DNA of 64,000 nt from a virus. The DNA lies in IMG/VR virus record IMGVR_UViG_3300033489_000004, positions 39,403 through 103,402 of that record. One strand, given 5' to 3'. Made by a program: the position numbers and the translations under genes. Of this stretch, positions 1 through 9,290 are shown in pieces (the stretch's first letter is position 1; each line of letters starts with the position of its first letter). The notes beneath the pieces were generated by a model. The model ran no database searches. It saw only the letters and a program-made list of their open reading frames with translations, and had not been told where the DNA came from.

Positions 1-581
1 GAGTTATCCACTTACCTTCTCGGTGGCTACAAACCACCCAAATAACTAAACAAATAATAATTGCAATCATCTTTACCTCCTAATACTATTATAACATACT
101 TTACGCTTTTTGTAACTATTTTATTACGCACCGCGTAACCTAAATCATTTAGAGCGTAGCTCGTCGGCGACTACCTAAAAACCCCAGCTAGAAAGCTTGA
201 TAATTTACTTGCCAACCAATCTATAACACAAAGTAAATCAAACAAAACAACTAACGGCCAGATAAAAACAAAAAATCCAGAATCTAAATAGTCTTCTACA
301 TAGTAAGGATCTCTAAAAATCCCAACAATAAAATAAATATAGCGCCTAATCCTCCTCTAAATCTAATCCCCTAGCTAACTTAGCACACGCTATTTGAAAA
401 ACACAACACATACAAGTACTAACTTCAGCTTCTTGACAAGCGGCAAACCAAAAATCTAGGGCATCCCTCTCTCTTTCAGTTATCTTGATAACCCAATTTT
501 TTTCAACTTCCATTTTTTCTTATCCTCCTTTCCCATAAAAAGGGCAGTATAAAATATCACTTACTCTATCATACATTCCTA

Positions 582-764
582 TTATTTACAAACCCCCTTA
601 TTAATACAGTTATTTAGGATATGATCACTACAGTTACTACAAAGGGCAAGATCTTTTTTATAGTGGGGATTATCTGTAAGTTTGTCTTGATATTTGAATG
701 TAACAGTAACACAAACCCGTTCAAAAAACTCCCCACACTTGTCACAACGAAATCCTTTAGGCAT
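582..764 (-). CDS. small Cys-rich (zinc-ribbon-like) hypothetical protein
   Basis: ORF track; CDKC...CSNC pairs; AGGAG upstream. Confidence 0.6.
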   Translation of the reverse strand: MPKGFRCDKCGEFFERVCVTVTFKYQDKLTDNPHYKKDLALCSNCSDHILNNCINKGVCK

Positions 765-906
765 TTTGATTACTCCTTTCCTTTATAATATTTTACTTTG
801 TTATTATAGTCAATACACACACCTAAACAGTTTTCTCTACAAATTTTATCCTTCATAGAGTCATGGTCTTTAAACCATTCTTTTATTTTCAGTTATGTGG
901 TAATTC

Positions 907-1155
907 TTAACAATTGCCCCCTCTAAAAAATGGTTTTCGTCGATATCTACCTAAATAGCCCCCCAATTTACGGCCACACCAACCAATACCACAAACAATT
1001 AACCAAGGGACTGCAAAAGCCCAAAAAGCAGTAAGAAATATTACAGTCATTCCAAGATCAAAATTAGAGTAATTTTCTTCTTCATTAAGCATTACTGCAA
1101 GCATACCAATTAAAAACCCCGCTACCAAATAAAGAGTTAAACCAAAATACCCCAT
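907..1155 (-). CDS. hypothetical membrane protein
   Basis: two hydrophobic stretches; AAGGAG RBS upstream. Confidence 0.6.
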   Translation of the reverse strand: MGYFGLTLYLVAGFLIGMLAVMLNEEENYSNFDLGMTVIFLTAFWAFAVPWLIVCGIGWCGRKLGGYLGRYRRKPFFRGGNC

Positions 1156-1358
1156 TAGTTCTCCTTTATATTAGCTTACTTAATAGTCCCACACACAGGA
1201 TCAAGAACATAAAATCGACCACCATAAAAATAATACTACGTAGAAGAGATATCAAAAAAAGACACATTCTATCATTCTGACTATTTAATTGAGTACTCCA
1301 GGCCCACGTTCCTAAAAATAATATAAGGGTTAGCATTAAATTTTCTCCTTTTTATTTA

Positions 1359-1387
1359 ATACTACCACAAATATCTTTATTAATCAA
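1359..1387 (-). promoter_or_regulatory. sigma70-type promoter
   Basis: minus strand TTGATT-N17-TAGTAT with extended -10 TG. Confidence 0.5.
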
Positions 1388-1992
1388 GGTATTTTTACAT
1401 TTAATAGGGGGTTTTTTAACATTTAAAATACAGTTTTTTCATAAGATAGGTCTGTACACCTAAAGTGTGCTGAGAGACCTATTTCCCCTGGTTATGTCTA
1501 TGATAGGGGGTACATCTAATAGCTAGTGCAATATAATTAAGCATTATAATGCATCTGACCTGGTCTTTAACAAGCTGGACTATGAAAATCGAAACCTTGA
1601 CACTATTAATGTAACAGTTCTACTGTCATATAGCAATCTTCTCAGCCTACATAGCCTCAGACTTAATGATCTTGATTCTAAGCTACCTTTGTTCTTGCCT
1701 TGGTATTACCCTACCTGTTTAGTATTCTCTCTTCTCTTGTTATTAGTGTTGGCCGGTTTCATGTGAAACCAAGAGATTCCCGGATATCATACTGTCCGAG
1801 AGTCTCTAATATTGATTCTGACAGGCTTTTATATATCCCCGGTATATTACCCTTAAGGGCAAAGAAAAAGACCCTCAAAGCTAACTCTAAGGGTCTTGAT
1901 TGTTCGTCGTGCTTTGCCTCTATCTGTATGGGTCTCCCCCTGCCTCAAGAATATCAGCGCAACACTCGCAAAGTATATACATTTTCGACCTC

Positions 1993-2858
1993 CTAACTGT
2001 TCGCGATTTTCCTAATAATGTTGATACTGTCGGCAACATTATAGGTCTGTTTTTCATTGATCTTGGTTATGTGAATATTCCAGGTTTTGAGTTTGTGTGC
2101 TCCAATGTCCTTCGCCGTATTGTCATTCTTTGCGATTACCAGGCAAGATCTGCTCTGCTGATTGTTGTCAATCACTCGATAGAGATCCATTTTTCATCCT
2201 CTCTTAATTATGGTGCTGTTGTTCGTTCGCTATCTGAGATGATACTATACGTGTTCGACCCCCCCCAATATTTCGTGTAGTCCGTATTCTTTTACGACTA
2301 AGCTCCCTCGGACATTCGCCGATACTCTCACCTGAAACCCAAATTCTGACAGTTCGATAATGTAGTTCGGCTGCGGTAGCAACTTTTGGTGGATGATCTT
2401 TTGTGCTTTAATTCTTTCTTCTTGTGTCATGATTCAAACCTCCTAAAGATTTTTGTCAATTACTAATTCACAGGTTTCCCCGCAGATTTTTTTGTGCTTA
2501 CAATCGGAGCAGCATGAATCTAGGCAGTCGTCGTACCGGCAGTCCAGCATTCCCGGATGCTGACAATCTAGACAACCGGGAAAATCTTCCGAGGGTATGA
2601 CATACTGACAAAGCTTTTTTACTTTTGCTTGCCGTTTTGCTTTTGTGCTTTCCATTGTTACCTCCTTTTCATTTCTTTACTTAGTTGTTCATTTGCGATT
2701 TGGAGTTCTTTCAAATAGTTGTTTGGATCGACTTCCACCGCCCGCAGTTTGCCATTGACGATAGTTACCACCTGTGATCTTCTAGTTCCCTTTTCTAGAC
2801 TTTTGATGTATTCCTTGTCAAGTTTGACTGCCATTTTCTTTCCTCCTAGTATATACAT
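1993..2858 (-). CDS. run of four small hypothetical genes (1993-2190, 2245-2430, 2443-2655 Cys-rich, 2658-2858)
   Basis: tightly packed minus-strand ORFs, each with a GGAG/GAGG RBS. Confidence 0.6.
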
Positions 2859-2882
2859 CGGTCTATGATCAGAAAAACTTTA
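2855..2882 (-). promoter_or_regulatory. sigma28-type promoter
   Basis: minus strand TAAA(GTTT)-N16-ACCGATGT upstream of the small-gene run. Confidence 0.55.
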
Positions 2883-3153
2883 GCCCTGTATATAGTATTC
2901 GACGCTGGTCTTCCATTTACCTTTATTTTTCCGGGCTTTTGTCTTAATACTTCTTGTGTTTTGATTATCTCAGCATACTATATATTGTGTATATTTTACC
3001 AGGCTTTGCCCTGTTTTGTTCAATACCTGCTAGATGAGTCGTTGAGAGCAACTCTAAGAGGTTTTTATGGTATGCTTAATGGTTTAGTATTCAAGGTAGA
3101 TTTTCAAGGGCTTAAATCGCAAATAAGAGCCTCAAAATTTTTGGTTTTAACTA

Positions 3154-3181
3154 TTAAGTTTTGCCCGGAAAATGTCGATAA
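3154..3181 (+). promoter_or_regulatory. sigma28-type promoter
   Basis: TTAA(GTTT)-N16-GTCGATAA. Confidence 0.5.
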
Positions 3182-3355
3182 TATATTTATATGTCAAAAT
3201 ACCTTGGAGGTCAATTTGAGCTTGTCAGCAGAGGATAATTTGTCTATTTGTGCAAATAAATATTTGGGCTTTCAGCTAGGTAAGCTTTAGCCCAAGTTCA
3301 GGTAGGCAAGCAACCAGAACAGAACTGAACAGGAATTCAAAAAGTTTCTAAAATG

Positions 3356-3396
3356 AAAAAAGGACCGATTTTTTATTTTCGGTCCCTTCTTCTTTT
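3356..3396. terminator. probable bidirectional intrinsic terminator
   Basis: GGACCGA (3362-3368)/TCGGTCC (3379-3385) stem with an A-run on the left and a T-rich tail on the right; lies just past the 3' end of 3420-3710. Confidence 0.65.
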
Positions 3397-3419
3397 CTCC
3401 ACGAGGCGGTACAACTTTT

Positions 3420-3710
3420 CTAAAAATTTTGGTTAACTGTATATTGAGCCAACAACAGATTATTTAATGTATCTTTGTCAAAATCTTTTTTCTTCAAATT
3501 CCTATCAATTGCATCTCTTAATTGACGTCTAATAAAATATAGATCGTCAATTTTTACCGGCTTAAAATTTTCGTACATCTTTTCATTATTTAATGTAATT
3601 GTAACATCTTTTACTATCTCTATTGCTTCTTCAAAGTCATCCCCATCTATATTAGTTACTAGTTCTTTATCAAAACCATTTGTTACACACTTAAAATTCT
3701 TTTCACTCAT
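3420..3710 (-). CDS. hypothetical protein
   Basis: ORF track; AGGAG RBS. Confidence 0.65.
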   Translation of the reverse strand: MSEKNFKCVTNGFDKELVTNIDGDDFEEAIEIVKDVTITLNNEKMYENFKPVKIDDLYFIRRQLRDAIDRNLKKKDFDKDTLNNLLLAQYTVNQNF

Positions 3711-3821
3711 TTTAACTCCTTTTTTCGTATCGTTGACAACTATTTACATAAAAAGATTCATCTTGATATGTTTTGGCCGTTATACAATTCTTTTTATGCT
3801 TACAATCATAAGAAGGAAAAA

Positions 3822-4094
3822 TTAACTATTTCTTGTCAAATCTTCTTGGGCTTCCTTGCAAACTCCCCATAGCTCCTGATAATCTGCTATTGCGACTGCC
3901 CATTGCAAAAGATCAGTTCGCAAGCTTGCGTTTTCAATTCCCTGAAAAACTTGATCTTCTACGTATTTTTGAATTTCTTTAGCTGATTTGAATTGTAGCC
4001 AATGATTATAAGTTGTCTCATCATTTGTTAGCCAAAGATTAGTCAGCCATGTTGCCTTGTCTTTGTAACCATTATACTCTTTACACATTTTCAA
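3822..4094 (-). CDS. conserved phage protein (YNG..TW..NLW..NDE motif family)
   Basis: YNGYKDKATWLTNLWLTNDE resembles a widespread phage early-protein motif. Confidence 0.6.
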   Translation of the reverse strand: MKMCKEYNGYKDKATWLTNLWLTNDETTYNHWLQFKSAKEIQKYVEDQVFQGIENASLRTDLLQWAVAIADYQELWGVCKEAQEDLTRNS

Positions 4095-4130
4095 ACTCCT
4101 TTTCTATCGGCTTTTTACTTCTTAATAGTA

Positions 4131-4158
4131 TTATCGGCAAATTAAGCAAAAACCTTTA
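4131..4158 (-). promoter_or_regulatory. sigma28-type promoter
   Basis: minus strand TAAA(GGTT)-N16-GCCGATAA. Confidence 0.7.
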
Positions 4159-4426
4159 GACTATTATAAATCTCATTTCTGGTAAGCTCTCCAGAATCTA
4201 ACTTTTTCAAAAGTTCTTTTGCTTCTTTTCTTTTGCAAGGTATAGAGGAAAGAATTCTGCTTTCCTTGCTTATAAATTCTGGTAATGTCAATAAAGCTTT
4301 ACAATATATCGGCATAGCTAAAAAATCAATATTGTGCTTCTTTTTGAATTCATCCTGCAATTTTGCATGGTTATTATACCACGTTGTTTCTTTTTTGTAT
4401 GTTGTTTGGCTTATATCTCTTCCCAT
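4142..4426 (-). CDS. hypothetical protein
   Basis: ORF track; AAGGAG RBS. Confidence 0.65.
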   Translation of the reverse strand: MGRDISQTTYKKETTWYNNHAKLQDEFKKKHNIDFLAMPIYCKALLTLPEFISKESRILSSIPCKRKEAKELLKKLDSGELTRNEIYNSLKVFA

Positions 4427-4446
4427 TTTTTACTCCTTTATTTTAG

Positions 4447-4474
4447 TTATCGACACAAACAAGGAAAATCTTTA
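4447..4474 (-). promoter_or_regulatory. sigma28-type promoter
   Basis: minus strand TAAA(GATT)-N16-GTCGATAA. Confidence 0.65.
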
Positions 4475-4507
4475 ACATTATTTTAAACAAATTTTTTCAG
4501 AAAAGAC

Positions 4508-4534
4508 TAAAGTTTTTTGAGATTTTGTCGATGT
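4508..4534 (+). promoter_or_regulatory. sigma28-type promoter (weaker)
   Basis: TAAA(GTTT)-N15-GTCGATGT. Confidence 0.5.
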
Positions 4535-4575
4535 ATCTTTATAATTTTAGTCAAAATCTAATCTTAGAGTAACGT

Positions 4576-4603
4576 TAAAGATTTTTACTGGTTATGCCGA
4601 TAA
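4576..4603 (+). promoter_or_regulatory. sigma28-type promoter
   Basis: TAAA(GATT)-N16-GCCGATAA, about 30 nt upstream of ATG 4635. Confidence 0.7.
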
Positions 4604-4634
4604 TAAAAATAATACAATATAATCAGGAGTTATA

Positions 4635-4961
4635 ATGCAAGAAAAAAGCTGTGAAAACTGTTATAGAAGGTACTGCTTGCACAAAAACAAATTTGTGCTT
4701 TCATGCAGTGACCATTTACCAGAATACAGAACCAAAATAGAAAAGCCAGGAATAAGAGAACGGCAGTTTTCAATAATTCAAAAAATATTAGAGAATAGTT
4801 CAGAAATTACCTTTTCGGATTTAACAGCCTTAGTTAACCGAGAAGTAAAAACATGCAGGCAAACAGTAAGCAAGCTAGCTCAGGATATCGGGCAGGTAAC
4901 GGGGCATAAAAAGCAGGGACATGTCTTGAAAAAACGTCCTATATATGATAGAATTAAATAG
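4635..4961 (+). CDS. hypothetical protein, possible HTH DNA-binding
   Basis: N-terminal Cys cluster; helical TFSDL..LV...CRQTVSKL pattern; AGGAG RBS. Confidence 0.55.
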   Translation: MQEKSCENCYRRYCLHKNKFVLSCSDHLPEYRTKIEKPGIRERQFSIIQKILENSSEITFSDLTALVNREVKTCRQTVSKLAQDIGQVTGHKKQGHVLKKRPIYDRIK

Positions 4962-5040
4962 AAATGCCAAGTGATTTTTAACAAACTAAACAGGACTTAA
5001 CAAGTAAACAAAAGTTAAAAAACGGAAAAGGAAAAATCAA

Positions 5041-5214
5041 ATGAAACTAGGATATATTAAAGTAAGGAAAACCAAAAAGGGATACAAAGCAAAATTATTG
5101 AACGGCAAACCTATTATGAAAAATCATTTTGAAGAATTGCCGGGTTTTGTAAATCAAAAATTTGCAAGACGGTATGTGGAAAGTCACTGGGAACTACTGA
5201 AAGAGTATAACTAA
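5041..5214 (+). CDS. small hypothetical protein (MKLGYIKVRK...), below the ORF-track cutoff
   Basis: manual translation; AAGGA upstream. Confidence 0.5.
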   Translation: MKLGYIKVRKTKKGYKAKLLNGKPIMKNHFEELPGFVNQKFARRYVESHWELLKEYN

Positions 5215-5239
5215 AGCTTTTTGCTGAACTTGCCGATAA
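5212..5239 (+). promoter_or_regulatory. sigma28-type promoter
   Basis: TAAA(GCTT)-N16-GCCGATAA upstream of ATG 5273. Confidence 0.7.
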
Positions 5240-5272
5240 TAGAATTAAGAAGCAAATAAGGGGGAAGTAAAA

Positions 5273-5644
5273 ATGGAATTAGCATTTAATATTTTAAAGG
5301 GGGAAGTATTAACAGATATTACTATATCTGAAGATAAAGAAGAAATATTTTTTGAGACAATAGAAGGGGAATGTTTCAAACTATGCCATCTCCAAAACTG
5401 ATGTGAGTCTGTTACCGTAGAAGATATCTGCGGAAATTTAGATGACTTAATTGGAGAGCCTATTCTCCTTGCAGAAATGGCCACTACCCAGACTAATCCA
5501 GAAGGAATAAGTAAAGAATATCAAGATAGCTTTACTTGGACATTTTATAAATTATCAACAAATAAAGGATCAATTACCATAAGATGGTATGGAGAATCAA
5601 ACGGATGTTATTCAGAAGAAGTAGATTTTGTACAAGTAAAATAG
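5273..5644 (+). CDS. paralog of 11449-11808 with an in-frame TGA at 5399-5401 (candidate selenoprotein, otherwise a nonsense pseudogene)
   Basis: manual translation MELAFNILKGEV...[32 protein letters not shown]...[34 protein letters not shown] aligns over its full length with the paralog. Confidence 0.75.
5404..5449 (+). promoter_or_regulatory. candidate bacterial SECIS hairpin
   Basis: CCGTAGA/TCTGCGG stem with AGATA loop starting 20 nt after the TGA; lower stem TGAGTC/GACTTA. Confidence 0.4.
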
Positions 5645-5655
5645 AAGGAGTAAAA

Positions 5656-5901
5656 ATGAGTTTAGCAAAGGAACTAGACGGAGCACGACTTGTTAAGTAC
5701 GACGATCAACTTGATGCTGTAATTGTTTGGTTCGGCGGGAGCGGTATAACAGCCTATACTTCAGAAGGAAAAGAGTTTGCTTTCTGGAATTTACATTCTG
5801 ATAAAGATTTTCCAACACAAGAAGAAGTAGAAACAAATATTGCTAGGCATATCAAAAACCAGGACTATTTAGAATTGTACTCATGGGAAGGAGCTTATTA
5901 G
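5656..5901 (+). CDS. hypothetical protein (likely start MSLAKEL)
   Basis: AAGGAG RBS before ATG 5656; the longer track start overlaps the 5273 gene. Confidence 0.65.
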   Translation: MSLAKELDGARLVKYDDQLDAVIVWFGGSGITAYTSEGKEFAFWNLHSDKDFPTQEEVETNIARHIKNQDYLELYSWEGAY

Positions 5902-5902
5902 A

Positions 5903-6103
5903 ATGGCTATAGTAAAAAGTGTAGGTGTATTTGGTGGACCTCTTGGAAGTTATGGTTTTAGAAGGGGTAAGTGGTTGGCGGCACTAGAGGACGGAACAAA
6001 ATTTGAGTTTTTCGCTTCTATCAGCCACAGCTTAGATTTGTGGATGCAAGAAAAAATGCTAATAGAGAATGCACAAGCAAAACTAGATAAGGAAGTAGGT
6101 TGA
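5903..6103 (+). CDS. hypothetical protein
   Basis: ORF track; coupled to the upstream gene. Confidence 0.55.
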   Translation: MAIVKSVGVFGGPLGSYGFRRGKWLAALEDGTKFEFFASISHSLDLWMQEKMLIENAQAKLDKEVG

Positions 6104-6158
6104 TTATGGGTCTTTCAATGGAAGAAGTAAAGGCAAAGAATCTATATAGAGGAGATGC

Positions 6159-6485
6159 TTTAAAATAGATAAAGTAATACGAATAGGAACAATTCCCTAT
6201 GGAGACAGTAGAAAAAGTATCTACTGTAAAATTAAGTTTACAGACGGAAAACTTAGTATTTCCGGTGCAGTAGACCCTAGATCGAATAATACCACAATTA
6301 CCTGTGGACAAATTCAGAGCATAATACAAATAGCTTTAACTAATCAAGATATCCAGTATGCCAAAGACTGGAACAATGAGCTTGTTGTGGCTTTTCTTAG
6401 CGTTTGGAATCGCTGGCACCCAAAAGATATAAGTATAAGTTCAGTTACTTGGAAGTGTAAAAATAAAATCAGTATGTGGGCATAA
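6159..6485 (+). pseudogene. open frame lacking a canonical start; resembles a conserved phage protein
   Basis: FKIDKVIRIGTIP...YCKIKFTDGKLSISG...CGQI...WNRWH; GAGGAG upstream but the adjacent ATG is out of frame. Confidence 0.45.
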
Positions 6486-6968
6486 AGGAGGAAAATAAAA
6501 TGGATCTTAAAGACTTACCAAAAGAATCTCAGTGCTATGACTGCAAACATCAAAGGAACTGTATATCAGCTACAATGTATCAAGATGAAGGATTTTACTT
6601 TAATTCCTGCCAGAGGTATGAGACATCCGGCGAGCACCAGTTATTTATCGGCTCATTGCATGACGCACAAGCTCATTGTAAATGTGGATGGCGTTATGCT
6701 GTTTCCGGTTCGCGAACCAAGGATGAAATAATGGTAGAGTACCTAAAGCACATAGGAGAATACTATGAGCAAAAATGATTATTCTGTGACTGTGGGCGAT
6801 TGGTTTTATAGTGAAAAAGACGGCAGTTATTATCACTTTTGCCCAAAATGCAAGACGTATAAGAAATGTGTATCAATAACTGATATAGAAGAATCTAGGC
6901 ATTACCTAGAATGTAAGCATTCTGTAGTTGTGAGTATACTAACAGGTAACACTGTAAAGGAGAAGTAA
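6476..6968 (+). CDS. two small Cys-rich hypothetical proteins (6476-6778, 6765-6968)
   Basis: ORF track; CxxC motifs; RBSs. Confidence 0.55.
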
Positions 6969-6970
6969 TA

Positions 6971-8326
6971 ATGGATAAGCCTGTATGTTTTACAGCCAGC
7001 AAGAAGGATTTACAAACAGCTATCTCCAAGGTAAAGTATGGGATTAACAAAAAAACTCCTTTGCCTATCCTTGGAGGTTACTTGTTTGAGGTCAGCGGTG
7101 AGCAAGTCACTGTGAGGTCAACTGATTTAGAGGTTGAGATAGAAACCAGCGTAGAAAATGCACAGCTAAGTTCTGATTATCTTCCTGGAGGACGTTTTGC
7201 AGTTGATGCACGAACGCTTGAGAAGATTTTGAAGACACTGCCCAACGAAGAAATAGAATTGCATTATTGTGCTGAAGAAGAAGATTCTTGGAGTCTTGGA
7301 ATTTCTACGAAGGATACAGCATTGCATATTTCTACTCTTAATGCCGAAGATTTTCCACCTAGCTTGGCACTAGAAAAAATAGATTTTCAAGCTGTTGTAA
7401 CCGAACTAGCTTTAGTCGCCGCACTAACCAGAGTTCTTCCGGCTGTTAGCACAGATGATACACGACAAGTTTTAACCAATGTTTTGCTCAAGTACAAGGA
7501 TATGCACATGCACTTAGTGGCTACAGACAGCTATCGACTTGCACAAGATCAGATAGAAACATATGAGGCTGAAGTATTCACGAACAGGAAACCAGTTGTG
7601 CTTGTTCCAGCATATGCTGTTAGAAAGTTGTTAAAAATCATGGGCAAAGAGGGTGAAGTTCTGATTAAAATAGACTTGGGTGTAACTGGAAGGATAGAAT
7701 TTATCGCTCAAGATGCACGGATGGTAGCAAGACTAGCAGAAGGAGAATTCCCGAAGTACGAACAGCTCTTGCCAGAGTTTTACTATCTGGATGTGCTAGT
7801 CGATAGGCAAGCATTACTGTCCGCTGTCGAACGAGCAAGTGCAATATTGGAAACACCAAGAGCAAATTCTTATAGTGAAAATCCTTACTTTGTTCAACTT
7901 GAAACTGGAGGCACGAAACTGTATTACCCATTGACCATTACAGCGAAGCAAGAGGATAATACAGTTGTAGAAGAAGTCAAAGCCATCGTAGAAGTGAATT
8001 CTCGACTTGCAAAAGAAACAGCCAAAGAAGAAGCTAACTTGCTAAAGTTGGAAAAAAAGTACTCGGCTACAATCGAAGATGATACAGATTTGCTAGTTGG
8101 GTTAGAAATGTCTATGTCTAGATCAAAAAGTAATATTTTGAAAATGAAAGCTATTCAAGATAAAAGTGTCTGTATAGGTTTCAATCCAGATTTTCTACTT
8201 GACGGTCTAAAGGCACTTGAAGGGGATACAATTTCGCTACAACTAATGTCAGCGGAAAATCCTGCCCTGTTGGAATCGACTACAAACTATTCATATCTGT
8301 TAATGCCTGTAAGATTAGGAGGATAA
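6971..8326 (+). CDS. dnaN: DNA polymerase III beta sliding clamp, with an insertion in domain III
   Basis: PILGGYL, STDLE, A.STDDTR.VL, ATDSYRL, RL.EG.FP.Y, GFNPDFLLD.L, C-terminal YLLMPVR. Confidence 0.92.
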   Translation: MDKPVCFTASKKDLQTAISKVKYGINKKTPLPILGGYLFEVSGEQVTVRSTDLEVEIETSVENAQLSSDYLPGGRFAVDARTLEKILKTLPNEEIELHYCAEEEDSWSLGISTKDTALHISTLNAEDFPPSLALEKIDFQAVVTELALVAALTRVLPAVSTDDTRQVLTNVLLKYKDMHMHLVATDSYRLAQDQIETYEAEVFTNRKPVVLVPAYAVRKLLKIMGKEGEVLIKIDLGVTGRIEFIAQDARMVARLAEGEFPKYEQLLPEFYYLDVLVDRQALLSAVERASAILETPRANSYSENPYFVQLETGGTKLYYPLTITAKQEDNTVVEEVKAIVEVNSRLAKETAKEEANLLKLEKKYSATIEDDTDLLVGLEMSMSRSKSNILKMKAIQDKSVCIGFNPDFLLDGLKALEGDTISLQLMSAENPALLESTTNYSYLLMPVRLGG

Positions 8327-8511
8327 AAATGTTAGGAATTATGATCTTGATTGGATGGCATGTGTTTTGTATCGGTATAGCAATAGCTCTTTGGAGTCAA
8401 CTAAACAGAAAAGAGGAATAATGACTAAGAAGAAAACAAGCAGACTAAAAAAGCAAAGAGATTTTTCAATTAAAAAGGTGTAAGAGTACGCTAAAGCAAA
8501 GGAGCTAGTAA

Positions 8512-8769
8512 ATGCCTAGTGAATTAGTAACAAATAAGCGGTATAGCAAGATATTACATCTGGAGTGTTTGCAGCGGGTGTATTTTGAAAAATTGGCCGG
8601 TTACTCTAAAGGATTGAAAGACGTGTTGGCAAAGTCTGAACGAGAGTTACCAGACCGACAAGAGCGGTTAGCGCGTTTTCCACAAGTGATAGATGACGTA
8701 ACAGCCGATTTAAGAGAAGTTACAACCAAATTAAACCTTTGTATTGATTTATATTTGAGAGAAGGTTAA
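8512..8769 (+). CDS. hypothetical coiled-coil protein
   Basis: ORF track; AAGGAG RBS. Confidence 0.55.
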   Translation: MPSELVTNKRYSKILHLECLQRVYFEKLAGYSKGLKDVLAKSERELPDRQERLARFPQVIDDVTADLREVTTKLNLCIDLYLREG

Positions 8770-8770
8770 A

Positions 8771-9223
8771 ATGTGTACTGTAAGAGTTTCTGGTATTAAA
8801 AACAGTAGCTTTAGTCAAAAAGATATTGAAAAAATAGTAGCCAAGGTAGAAAAATATTTAGGCTGTAATTTGCTTGAAGTTACTGTTGTATTTTATGCCA
8901 ACCGGGGTTTTTTTGGTCGGTATACTAAACACATAAATATAGTTGAACTTACACCAGAGAAAATTAAAAAACTCAGTAAAACTAACATACAAAAAGGATT
9001 TGGACCAAGCGAAAAGGTGGTTTTAGCACATGAGGTAGTTCATGCAATACAACATCAAAAGGAAGTACTCGGTTCTCCAGTATGCTATAAGGGAAATTTA
9101 GTTGAATATTATGAAGATAGTGGGGAATTTGAAGCTCAAGACACAGCAATTATTTTGTTTGGAACAAAAGAGGAAAAAGAAATATGGAAAACCGAGATAA
9201 AGGATAAATTATGCCTAAAGTAA
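8771..9223 (+). CDS. putative zincin metallopeptidase
   Basis: VLAHEVVHAIQ (HExxH) plus downstream E.EA. Confidence 0.65.
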   Translation: MCTVRVSGIKNSSFSQKDIEKIVAKVEKYLGCNLLEVTVVFYANRGFFGRYTKHINIVELTPEKIKKLSKTNIQKGFGPSEKVVLAHEVVHAIQHQKEVLGSPVCYKGNLVEYYEDSGEFEAQDTAIILFGTKEEKEIWKTEIKDKLCLK

Positions 9224-9290
9224 CCAATTTTGAAACCATTGTTCTATTTGATTAGTTACAAGAAAAAAGAAACCCCGAGAAAGGAAAAAC

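Noticed and set aside
1700-3290. Plus-strand ORFs 1700-1996, 1900-2280 and 2865-3290
   Set aside because: No RBS, atypical composition, and they overlap better-supported minus-strand genes or promoter regions.
4104-4111. GCCGATAG on the minus strand
   Set aside because: Only a -10-like element with no matching -35, so it was not counted.
5245-5484. Minus-strand 79-aa ORF in the track
   Set aside because: It is the antisense shadow of the TGA-containing gene 5273-5644.
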